Assembly: GCA_963710385.1 (NCBI GenBank)
Contig: CAVQAB010000035.1
Location: 8,238-72,237 of the forward strand
Source: an uncultured Bacteroidales bacterium
GTDB taxonomy: Bacteria; Bacteroidota; Bacteroidia; Bacteroidales; GCA-2748055
Direction of reading: 5' to 3'
Length of the DNA stretch: 64,000 bases
A program made the translations under genes and the position numbers. The stretch's first letter is position 1, and every line of letters starts with the position of its first letter. Shown piece after piece: positions 10,570 through 20,169 of this stretch. Under the pieces are notes generated by a model. It made no database searches, was not told the DNA's origin, and saw only the letters and a list, made by a program, of their open reading frames with translations.

Positions 10570-11373
10570 TTATAGTTTAGTGCCGCAATTCTTGCAGTAG
10601 AGCGCATCTTGATCATGTGCATCATGGCTGCAATTCTTGCATGATTTTGAATTTGAGCTTCTATCCGATTTAACCGTTCTCCCAAGTTCAATAGTGATGA
10701 TTCCGGTGGGGACAGCAATGATCGAATAGCCTGTAAGCATAGCGATGGAAGCGAGAATTTTACCCAGAACTGTTGCCGGCGCAATATCCCCGTAACCAAC
10801 CGTAGTTATGGTTACGATGGCCCAATAGATACTCTGGGGTATGGAAGTGAATCCATTTTCCTCCCCCTCAATCAGGTAGAGGAGCGATCCCAGAATTAAT
10901 ACCAGGGTGAGTACAACGCCAAAAAAAACGACGATCTTACGAATACTCATTTGCAGCGCCTTTACAAGGATGGCTGCTTCTTTTAAATACCTGCCCAGTT
11001 TAAATACCCTGAACATGCGAAGCAATCTGAGTGCCCGAATGGTAAGCAGGAAGGTTGAGGTGTCAAAAAGAAGACCCAGGTAAGATGGAAGAATGGCCAG
11101 AAGATCAATGATCCCATAAAAGCTTGTGATATATTTCAGGGGTTTTGGAGAGGTGAATATTCTAAGGAGGTACTCCAGCGTGAAGACAATGGTAAAGATC
11201 CATTCCAGATCCATGAAAAGATCGTGATAGGATTCCCTCAGAGAGTTGACACTCTCCAGGATTACTACTGTCACACTGAGTATGATCAACCATAGCAGAA
11301 TGATATCAAAAGATCTTCCAGCCGGTGTGTCTGTACCGAATATGATGTTATATATCTTCCTTCTGAGCTTCAC
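10570..11373 (-). CDS. Potassium channel (ion-transport family) with C-terminal zinc-ribbon
   Basis: 267 aa with TM helices, an S4-like RALRLLRMFRVFKLGR segment and the TVGYGD selectivity filter. The C-terminus carries CKNCSHDAHDQDALYCKNCG (CxxC...CxxC). Confidence 0.85.
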   Translation of the reverse strand: MKLRRKIYNIIFGTDTPAGRSFDIILLWLIILSVTVVILESVNSLRESYHDLFMDLEWIFTIVFTLEYLLRIFTSPKPLKYITSFYGIIDLLAILPSYLGLLFDTSTFLLTIRALRLLRMFRVFKLGRYLKEAAILVKALQMSIRKIVVFFGVVLTLVLILGSLLYLIEGEENGFTSIPQSIYWAIVTITTVGYGDIAPATVLGKILASIAMLTGYSIIAVPTGIITIELGRTVKSDRSSNSKSCKNCSHDAHDQDALYCKNCGTKL

Positions 11374-11469
11374 TTACACCCAAAGTTATGATTTTTGACG
11401 ACTGCCTAAAAAATGAAAGGCCACCCTTTTTGAGGTAGCCTTCCAATTCGTTTTATGAAACTAAGAACC

Positions 11470-11637
11470 CTATTCAGGGCTGATTGCTTCAACGGGACAT
11501 ACATCGGCGCATGCAGCACAGTCAGTACACAGCTCAGGATCAATAACATAAATATCTCCCTCACTGATTGCCTCCACGGGGCATTCGTCAATACAGGTAC
11601 CGCATGCAGTACATTCATCTGAAATTACATAAGCCAT
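11470..11637 (-). CDS. 2x[4Fe-4S] ferredoxin (55 aa), absent from the ORF track
   Basis: Manual translation gives MAYVISDECTACGTCIDECPVEAISEGDIYVIDPELCTDCAACADVCPVEAISPE, with two CxxCxxCxxxCP clusters. The listed ORF 11406..11618 is the wrong frame. Confidence 0.85.
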   Translation of the reverse strand: MAYVISDECTACGTCIDECPVEAISEGDIYVIDPELCTDCAACADVCPVEAISPE

Positions 11638-11727
11638 ATCTTCATATATTTTTAATTCTTACAGCGCAAATTTAGTTGCAATTTTCTTTATTGCAATCCC
11701 GGGAAGAGATTTATTTCTAAACAGGTA

Positions 11728-12928
11728 TTAAACAGGTGAGTTTTTAAGTAATTCAACTGATAAAAAAGAGAGAAGAGAAATACCCGTTTTTATGGCAGAC
11801 TCATCTACCCTGAATCCCGGAGTATGAAGTGGATAAACATGGTCCGATCCCGGTTCTTTGACTCCCAGACGGTACATCATCCCAGGATAGGATTGGGCAA
11901 ACCAGGCAAAATCCTCAGCTGTCATGCGGATCTCCATATCCTCCACATGGTCTGGTCCCAATAGTTCTATAGCCTTCCGTTTGGATGCTTCTGTGAGTTG
12001 TTCATGGTTTTCCAGCACAGGATAGCCATGTCGGATCTCCACCTGGCACGATCCGCCCATGCTGGAGGCAATACCCGAGGCAATTTGTTCAATAAGCCTG
12101 TGGGCCTCTTTTCTCCACGTTTCGTTCATGGCGCGGAATGTTCCTTCCAGGGTAACCTCATCGGGAATGATGTTTACTGCTCCATTGGCCATCACCTTTC
12201 CGAAAGAGAGGACAGTGGGTACATCGCTGGGTGATTTTCGATTGATTTCCTGTTGCAGAGAAATAAGGATGTGTGAAGCCATTAGTACCGGATCATTGAT
12301 ATTCTGTTGGAGTGCACCATGACCGCCCTTACCGGTAACCGTAATGTAGATTTCATCACTGGAGGCCATATAGATACCTGGTTTGAATCCCACATGACCC
12401 GCCTCCATATCCGGCAAAACATGCTGGGCAATGATCATATGTGGCGCTTGTCCCTCAAAGATTCCTTCCTGAAGCATCAGTTTTGCGCCTCCGGGAACCT
12501 TCTCTTCACCCGGTTGAAAAACAAACAACACCTCCCCGCGGATATGGTCTTTTAATTGATCAAGAATTCTTATGGCTCCGAGCAAAGAGGTCATATGCAC
12601 ATCGTGACCACAGGCATGCATGATCCCCGGTTGCTGAGACTTGAAATTCCAATTCAGTTTTTTCCGTGATGGGCAATGCATCCATATCTGATCGAAGTGC
12701 AATGCATTTTCCAGGATGGTTCCCTTTGATCCGTGCCAGAATTCCTGTTTCCACGAAAGGGAATTTGTATTCGATACCCCACTTGTCCAAAATCCTTCGG
12801 ATATAAGCAGAGGTATTGTGTTCCTTAAATGAGCGCTCTGGAAACTGATGGAGGTGCCGGCGAATTCCAATCATATCTTTTAGAAAGGAATCTGAAAGCA
12901 GGGTTTCTAATTGGTCTTTTACATTCAT
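11728..12928 (-). pseudogene. M20-family amidohydrolase (N-acyl-amino-acid amidohydrolase type); one frame break
   Basis: The N-terminal piece 12560..12928 (IRRHLHQFPERSFKEHNTSAYI...ALRSDMDALP) joins 11728..~12650 (GIMHACGHDVHMTSLLGA...FVFQPGEE). The break is near 12650. Confidence 0.8.
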
Positions 12929-12959
12929 ATGGAAAAATATAGATCAACCCAATGGGTAA

Positions 12960-15900
12960 TTAGAAATCGAGACTAAGGGAAAGATAGAACATTCTGGGTT
13001 GGACTTCCCTGTTCTCAACTCCCCACGCCCAGTCAAGGCGAATGAAATAACCAAGCAGCTGGCTCTTAACCCAGCTCCATATCCAGCCACAATGGGATCC
13101 CTGTTGGCATCCAGAGTGATGGTCAGGGGACCATTGGTAATTACTTCTTTATCCCAGGCATTTTCATCGGTGAAAGGATGCAATCCGGTCCAGGCACTGC
13201 CCACATCAGCAAATCCCACCACCTGGAAATTATTCAGGAATCCGGAACTCAAGGGGATGACCAGCCAGGTAGCGGAAAATGGGCCAACGTAGTTCGGTAT
13301 TGAATACGGCAAAGTTGCTCCCGTTCCTGATGTTCTGTGAAAACCCTCTCACATTGGTAGCCAGGGCCTGGTAAGCATAGTTTTGTGTATAATCAATGGC
13401 CACTGATTCGTCGAATGTGGGAACCCGTTGCTGGAAAAGATTGATCCAGTTATCGACACTTCCCAGGTAATAGATCAGCGGGCTTCTTCCAAAGGAGGTA
13501 CTGGCAGCAAACCGGTTGGCCCAGATCAGGGTGCGGTGGATCCTGGTGTAATGCCGGAAATCACCTCCAATTACAAAGAGGTCCGATTTGGAAGCATTCA
13601 CCTGCCGGTAGGCTTCACCGAATACTTTACATCGCATTCCGCTATAGAGGTTGGTCCCCAGTACCCGGGTGTTGTCAAAGATCAATTCAGCCTTAAGCCC
13701 ACCCCAGACTTTTACAATATTGGGTTCGTTCAGGTTTCCAATATCAGTGGAAAGGAATATCGTATTGTCATGCCTGAAAGAGGCGGTTCCTTTCACAGCC
13801 AGGGTCTGACTCAGGGGATATTTCAAAGAACCCAGCAGTTCATGGGTAAAGGTTTTAATATTAGGCCATTTGATCCGTCAGTATAGTTTTTAAATACCTG
13901 CCTGTGGAATAGCAGTTGTTTATCCAGCTGTTGCTTCAGGTTTTCAAAACTGAGCAGGTATTCATTGCTGTCAAAATCAGTGGCAAACCTGACACCTCCT
14001 ATCAGCCGGTAATCCTCAAACAGATCATTGGCTCCAACCTTGAAAAGCAGGTTCAGACCGGGATTGAAATAAAATGCTCCTCCGGTAAAGGCCTGATAGG
14101 ATGCATTCAGAAAACTGAAATCGATCTGATTGACCAGCTGGTTGGGATAAAAGGCAGTCTGGTAATCGATATACATCATGTTGTTGTTCTGGGCAGAGTC
14201 GAGGACCAGGTTCAGGTTTCTGCTTCGAAGCTGGTTGTTGTAATAGTTCAGTTTCTCTCTTTCAAAAATATAGTTGTTGATATCAATTCTGAATTCCTGA
14301 AGTGGAATGGTATCTCCATCATGTATCAAGCTGGTTGTTGGCGATGTCCTTCATGGAGATCACCTTTTTTTCGATGTGGTGAATGGAGTCTTCTCTGATG
14401 AGCCTGTTCACATGCCTGTCACTGTATTCTGTAGGTTCCAGCTCGTCACCATATTTCCTGTCAAATTCTATGGGATACTTGTACATATGGTACCTGCCGA
14501 TCGTTGTAGACAATCTCTGCTATCTCATCGGTTTCTGTATTGATATCATGTGAAAGAATATTCCTCTTATAGTTGGAGAGTGGAAAACTGTTGGCAAAAT
14601 ACCGGTAGTGAATGGTTGTATCCACCAGGCTGATCAGGCTGTCATATTTGGCATAGTACCGGTTCACAATGCCGTTTTTATCACTCAGGTAGAAGAATTC
14701 GTTCCGGCCGGGTGACAGGGGTTGGGTATGGTTGATGTAGTTCCCTTCGGATATTTTTTGCAATTCTGGATTTTTCCCGCATAATCGTAAACAAATACAG
14801 CAAAGGCTGTGGTGGTATTGTTTTCCGGATCATTCTCCATGAAAAGTGTATCCAATCGCCGGTTGGAGACAAAGGAGATGTCTTCCATGTTGTTGATGAA
14901 CCGGGGATGAAAGTCATCGGCCAGGTCATTGGTAATTCTGTTCATTGGTGGAGGATGCAATATCAAATACCCAGATATCGGTCTGTCCATCGGCCACGGC
15001 TGAGAATACAAGTTTTCTGGCATCGGGAGAGAAACTCATGTCCAGGATCTTCTCGAAATAGAGCAGGTTCCGGGTGGTGATCTCACGGGTTTCCAGGTTG
15101 TAGAAATGGATTTTTAGCATCCCCTTCTCTTCGGTAATAAATCCGAGGATCTCTGAGGTGGGATGCCATGCAATTACCGGAAAAGAGTAGTCATTGATCT
15201 GATCAAGTTTCTGTCCCCTTTTATAAATCTTGTCTTGTTTATGGGTAGTCTTCATTGTGGATCCAGATTTTATATTGTCCTTTCTGATTGGTCACATAGG
15301 CCACATGTAGCCCCATCGGGACTGATCCTGATATTCTGGTATACCCTTCTTTTATTGGGCCGTTTCAGGATCTTGCCCTGTTCAGGTAAATCGGCACTTT
15401 CCTCCCGGGAAGCGTAAAGCCCCAGGTAATAGGCTGTCCAGTCAAAGGAGAGTTCCTTTAGTTTGCTGCCAAGCACATACAGAAATCCACTTTCAGCATT
15501 CTTATTAATCTTTGTGATGTAGAGGATTTGGGGAATGATAGAGACTCCATAAAGATCGGCCACATATTTCCAGAAAGAGTGACCTGCATACCGTGCATCA
15601 TCATCCTGCAGGTTAACGAATTTCTTGTATTTGCCAGAAACGATCCCATCTTTTACCCGGTTGTCCAATTCATAATCCCACGGATTGGAAACAAAGGAGA
15701 TCAGTCCCTCCAGGTACCATTCCGGCAGATTAATCATGGTGGTATTGGTCAGGTTGTCCCGAAGACCGTTTCCGAACATCATTTCTGTGAGCAGAACTTC
15801 AGCAATGGCGGCCCTGATTTGCCGCTCGAAGTTCACATGATCACCATCGAAATAGAGGAATACCTTGTTCTGAATGATCTGTGTGGTACCTCCAATGTTG

Positions 15901-16244
15901 TATTCTTCATTTTCCGACACCAGCCCGATATTGCTCTGCCTGAAATCAGACAATTTATTATAGGTAAGGAAGATGAGCCTTCTTTCGATCTCATAATCAA
16001 AGAACCGTTCGATAAGTTCCAGTTCTTTCTCAACAAAATCGGCCACGTAAAGAGAAAGGTCTGTACCATTTTCGTAGGAGTAAACATCAAACCTCTCGAA
16101 CCGGTAGAATTTCCAGTACCGGTTGTTGTACTGAACCCGGTTCTTTCCGAAATTCATCTGCATCCCGTTGTAAAACTGGGCAGACAATCCCATTGAACTG
16201 AACAGAAGAAAAAAGATGGTCCCTATGCGTGCGATACTTTTCAT
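12960..16244 (-). pseudogene. Large (~1090 aa) outer-membrane protein with a TolB-like beta-propeller and an Omp85/surface-antigen-like C-terminal barrel; multiply frame-broken
   Basis: Fragments 15270..16244 (signal peptide plus N-domain), 14926..15255 (ISPDG.../SFSPDARKLVFSAVADGQTDIWVF PD40-type repeats), 14685..15023, 14461..14763, 13823..14329, 13230..13826 and 12944..13312 are collinear. The last frame ends ...REVQPRMFYLSLSLDF at 12960. There are at least 6 frame breaks. Confidence 0.65.
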
Positions 16245-16425
16245 TCCCTACAATATCGGTCTAAAAGTAAACATAATAGTCATAAACAGGTTCAAAATTT
16301 CGGCCTGAAATTTGCATTCATATGCTTACCTCAAAAATTGTGCAACTAATTGTAGTATTTTTGTGTTAATTTTATGGTCAATAGATTAGTTGGTCTTTAT
16401 TACAAAATAAATAAATAGTTTGAAA

Positions 16426-17514
16426 ATGAAACGTATATTTTTATTATTCATGCATTGTCGGCTTCTGTTGTACCCCTGATTTCACAGACGGTACAGCCCA
16501 AAATATCTTTCAGTGAAGAGTTGCATGACTTCGGGAAATTCAAGGAGGCTGATGGAAAAGTTACCCATAAATTCGAATTTGTTAACACAGGTGGAAGTGA
16601 CCTGATTGTACAGAATGTGACAGCATCCTGTGGATGTACTGCACCCCGCTGGACCAGAGAACCTGTACCTCCGGGAGGTAAGGGATTTGTTGCAGCCACC
16701 TATAATCCGGCTGGCAGGCCCAGGCGCCTTCAGGAAGTATGTGACGGTTATTTCCAATTCCAATCCGGGCAGTGTACGGCTCACCATTGCGGGTGAGGTG
16801 GAACCCAAACCCAAGACCGTTGAGGATGATTACAGGTATGCCATGGGGCCCATGCGTTTAAAGTCGAATCACCTGGCATTTGGAAACTTAAAGAATACCC
16901 AGCAATCAGAAAAACAACTTGAAGTGATCAATACCTCCAACGAACCGGTTAAAATCGAATTTGAAAGGGTACCCGCGCACATCACCATCAGGGCCGAACC
17001 CTCTACCTTGAAACCCAATGCGAAGGGATCTGTGATTGCCAGTTACAACACACCCATGAGGAATGATTGGGGATTTGTTATCGACCGGATGGGGCTTAAG
17101 ATCAACGGAAAGTCAGATCGTACTTACAGTTTGGTGATCAGTGCCAACATTGAGGAGGATTTCGCATCGATGACTGCCCAACAGCTAGCCAATGCACCTG
17201 TACTAAGTGTTGATGATGCCGAATTCAAATTTGGAAAAATCAACCAGGGTGAAAAGGTGGAACATGTCTACGTGCTGACCAATTCTGGTAAATCTGACCT
17301 GCATATCAGGAAAGTGAAGGCCTCATGCGGATGTACTGCTGTCCAACCCGAGAAAAATATTGTTGCTCCCGGCGAATCAGTTACTGTTAAAACTGTATTC
17401 AACTCTGCAGGAAAAGTGGGCAACCAAAACAAAACAGTAACCATCATCACCAACGATCCCAAGAAGAGTAAAATGATCCTTTGGGTGAAAGGCGAGGTAG
17501 TTAAAAGTGCCTAG
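16426..17514 (+). pseudogene. DUF1573 domain-containing protein (two ASCGCT modules); frame-broken
   Basis: The gene starts at MKRIFLLF (16426). ORF 16455..16796 contains VQNVTASCGCTAP and ORF 16630..17514 contains KVKASCGCTAVQPEK...TVTIITNDP. Breaks lie near 16450 and 16725. Confidence 0.75.
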
Positions 17515-17530
17515 TGCCTGGTATCAGGAA

Positions 17531-18655
17531 CTAAAGCAATGATTCAATGGCTTCGCGGAGTTCTTCTCCGTGGAGTTTCTTTGCAGTGATGATGCCCTCT
17601 CTATCGATCAGGACAGCGTGGGGGATGGCAGGTACTCCGTAGAGTTCTGCTCCTTCACTGTTCCAATACTTAAGGTCTGAGATCTGGGGCCAGGTAAGGT
17701 TGTCTTCTTCAATGCCTTTCACCCAGGAAGCGGAGTCACGATCAAGGGATACGCCCAGGATCTCAAATCCCCTGTCATGATATTCATGATAGATCTCTAC
17801 CAGCTCGGGATTAGCAACCCTGCAGGGTCCGCACCAGCTGGCCCAGAAATCGATTAATAGTACATTTCCAGCATGTACATCGGAAACTTTTAAGGTTCCG
17901 CCTTCCGGAGTTGCCAATTCGAAATCGGTATAGGGTTGTCCAACGGCAACAGCCTTCATCCGTTCCAGTTTCCCATACATATATTCGTACTCTTTCATCT
18001 GGTGCAAGGATGGGTCCAGGTTGGCAAGTGCCTCGTCCAGCTCATCCGCATCTAAATTGTAGAAAACTCCCCTGAGGGCCAGAACGGAAGCATAGGAGGA
18101 TGGATTTTTGACGATGTATACAGAATCAATGGCATCCTGCTGTTCGTATATCGCATAATATGCATCACGCAGGCTGTCAGATATGACCTGGTCATCTCCC
18201 TCACGTGCTGCAAGGTAAGCATCTCTCATTTCAGATAATTCCTGCCTGATGGATTTCAGCCCATCGTTGTAGTCATTCAGGTCATTCTGGGCCTTGCTGT
18301 TGGTTGTTATAACCGGAGCTTCAAGATTTCCTGTGATTTTGTATTCTGCATTTTCAATCAACAGCTGTATGGAACCCTTACCATCATCAACAGTCAGGTA
18401 CATGGTAGAGACACCTTCACTTCTTTTGGACATTTCAGCAATAGAGCCGGCTTCTACCAAAACGGAGTCATATACCACATAATTCCGATCTTCCAGGGCC
18501 ATTAGTTTTACCCATTTTCCTTCAGTTTCATCCAGTTCAACCTGGATTTTATAAACCTCTTCAGTCTGCTCGTTGCAGGATTGGCATACCACAACGACCA
18601 ACAATATGAATATTAAATTACGCATATGTAAATTGTTTTTTATATTAAGGCGCAA
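17531..18655 (-). CDS. TlpA-family thiol:disulfide oxidoreductase (thioredoxin fold) lipoprotein
   Basis: 374 aa with the FWASWCGPCR active site in the C-terminal domain. The probable start is MRNLIFILLVVVVCQSC. Confidence 0.85.
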   Translation of the reverse strand: MRLNIKNNLHMRNLIFILLVVVVCQSCNEQTEEVYKIQVELDETEGKWVKLMALEDRNYVVYDSVLVEAGSIAEMSKRSEGVSTMYLTVDDGKGSIQLLIENAEYKITGNLEAPVITTNSKAQNDLNDYNDGLKSIRQELSEMRDAYLAAREGDDQVISDSLRDAYYAIYEQQDAIDSVYIVKNPSSYASVLALRGVFYNLDADELDEALANLDPSLHQMKEYEYMYGKLERMKAVAVGQPYTDFELATPEGGTLKVSDVHAGNVLLIDFWASWCGPCRVANPELVEIYHEYHDRGFEILGVSLDRDSASWVKGIEEDNLTWPQISDLKYWNSEGAELYGVPAIPHAVLIDREGIITAKKLHGEELREAIESLL

Positions 18656-18687
18656 TAATACTACTATTTATCTAGCCGTAAGACTTG

Positions 18688-19788
18688 TTAGGGAGATTTC
18701 TTTTGAGATTTATACTTGTTCAAAATAGAAGAGGCAGCCATGAATGAAGTCATGCGACCCTCTGTGATCGCTTTTTCAAGGTTGTCCAGCTCTTTTTGCA
18801 TCTCCGGATCATTAAATACCTGGTTATAGATCCCTTCACGAATGGTTTCAAACATCCAATACCTGGATTGCTCTTTTCGCCTGAGCTTCAAATACCCTTT
18901 TTCAGAAACAAGCTGTATGTACTCACCCACCATCTCCCAGATCTCAACAATTCCCTCATGGTTAAGTGAAGAGCAGGTTTTCACCAGTGGTGTCCAACCT
19001 GAAGGGGAAGGTGGGAAAAGATGAAGTGCGTTAGAGAATTCTGCCTGGGCCCTCCTCGCTTTCTGAATATTGTTTCCGTCTGCTTTATTAATTACAATGG
19101 CATCTGCCATCTCCATGATTCCCCTTTTAATTCCCTGCAATTCATCACCAGCACCAGCAAGCATGATCAACAGGAAAAAATCCACCATACTATGCACGGC
19201 TGTTTCAGACTGTCCCACTCCCACGGTTTCAACAAAAATAGTATCAAATCCGGCGGCTTCACATAAGATGATGGTCTCCCGGGTCTTCCGTGCCACACCT
19301 CCAAGGGTTCCTCCGGAAGGCGATGGTCGGATATATACTTCTGGTCGGGCGGCCAGTTCTTCCATGCGGGTTTTGTCCCCCATAATGCTTCCCTTGGATC
19401 GCTCACTGCTGGGATCGATAGCCAGTACTGCAAGTCTACCCCCGCTTTCTATGATATGTTTTCCAAGTGATTCGATAAAGGTGCTTTTACCAGCTCCCGG
19501 TACACCTGTAATGCCTATCCGAAAGGCATCTCCCGAAAAGGGAAGGCATGCAGCAACCAGTTCCTGGGCGTCTGAGTGATGTTGGGGATGAGCACTTTCC
19601 ACCAGGGTGATGGCCTGACTGAGCAGGCTGATATCCTTGGCTCGGATTCCATCCAATAGTTCAGCAGTAGAATATTGCTTTTTTTTCGCCTTTTTCAGAC
19701 GGCTGACCGCCTCCCTGTTGATGGAATTTGGTTGGGCAACCCCTTCGGAGACCGATAGTGCGGATCTTTTTTTGTCAGGTCCGGGCAT
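18688..19788 (-). CDS. meaB: MeaB/ArgK-type G3E GTPase (methylmalonyl-CoA mutase-associated)
   Basis: 366 aa with P-loop GVPGAGKST and the FVETVGVGQSE and INKADG motifs. Confidence 0.88.
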   Translation of the reverse strand: MPGPDKKRSALSVSEGVAQPNSINREAVSRLKKAKKKQYSTAELLDGIRAKDISLLSQAITLVESAHPQHHSDAQELVAACLPFSGDAFRIGITGVPGAGKSTFIESLGKHIIESGGRLAVLAIDPSSERSKGSIMGDKTRMEELAARPEVYIRPSPSGGTLGGVARKTRETIILCEAAGFDTIFVETVGVGQSETAVHSMVDFFLLIMLAGAGDELQGIKRGIMEMADAIVINKADGNNIQKARRAQAEFSNALHLFPPSPSGWTPLVKTCSSLNHEGIVEIWEMVGEYIQLVSEKGYLKLRRKEQSRYWMFETIREGIYNQVFNDPEMQKELDNLEKAITEGRMTSFMAASSILNKYKSQKKSP

Positions 19789-19795
19789 ATGGACA

Positions 19796-20137
19796 TTAAA
19801 AATATTCTTTCAGGATGGCTTCCACCTGATCCTGGTTCTGAATGCTGGTGGTCGCTTTAACGACTTTTCCATTCCTGAGGTATACAGTGAAGGGTAATCC
19901 CATGAATCCCCTGCATTCGGGAAGATTCCGAATCACATGAGCTTCGGGATGATCGAAGGGCATGTCGAAAAAAGAAACACCCTTGTATTGTTCCTGTAAT
20001 ATTTCCATGGCTGCATAAACAGGAACGCACATTGGTCCCATGCGTCCGCAGCAGACCATAACATTTTCATGCTCCTGGATGACCTGATTGTATTCTTCTT
20101 CCGAATGGATATGATTGAGTCGTGTTTGTAGTTCCAT
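19796..20137 (-). CDS. Thioredoxin-like protein with atypical CxxxxxxC (CGRMGPMC) site
   Basis: 113 aa of thioredoxin-fold length and pattern (VMVCCGRMGPMC...LPFTVYLRNGKVV). Confidence 0.6.
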   Translation of the reverse strand: MELQTRLNHIHSEEEYNQVIQEHENVMVCCGRMGPMCVPVYAAMEILQEQYKGVSFFDMPFDHPEAHVIRNLPECRGFMGLPFTVYLRNGKVVKATTSIQNQDQVEAILKEYF

Positions 20138-20169
20138 AAGATGTGAAAATTTCTGTTGCTAATAATTGA

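Noticed and set aside
10554-10799. 82-codon N-terminal extension of the GH3 ORF
   Set aside because: It overlaps the 3' end of the K+ channel gene. A proper lipoprotein signal peptide starts at Met 10553.
11406-11618. 70-aa ORF from the track
   Set aside because: It is the wrong frame of the ferredoxin locus. The 55-aa frame (11470..11637) gives two perfect 4Fe-4S cluster motifs.
15528-16196. 222-aa plus-strand ORF
   Set aside because: It is antisense to the N-terminal domain of the large OM protein (15270..16244), which has a signal peptide and coherent sequence.
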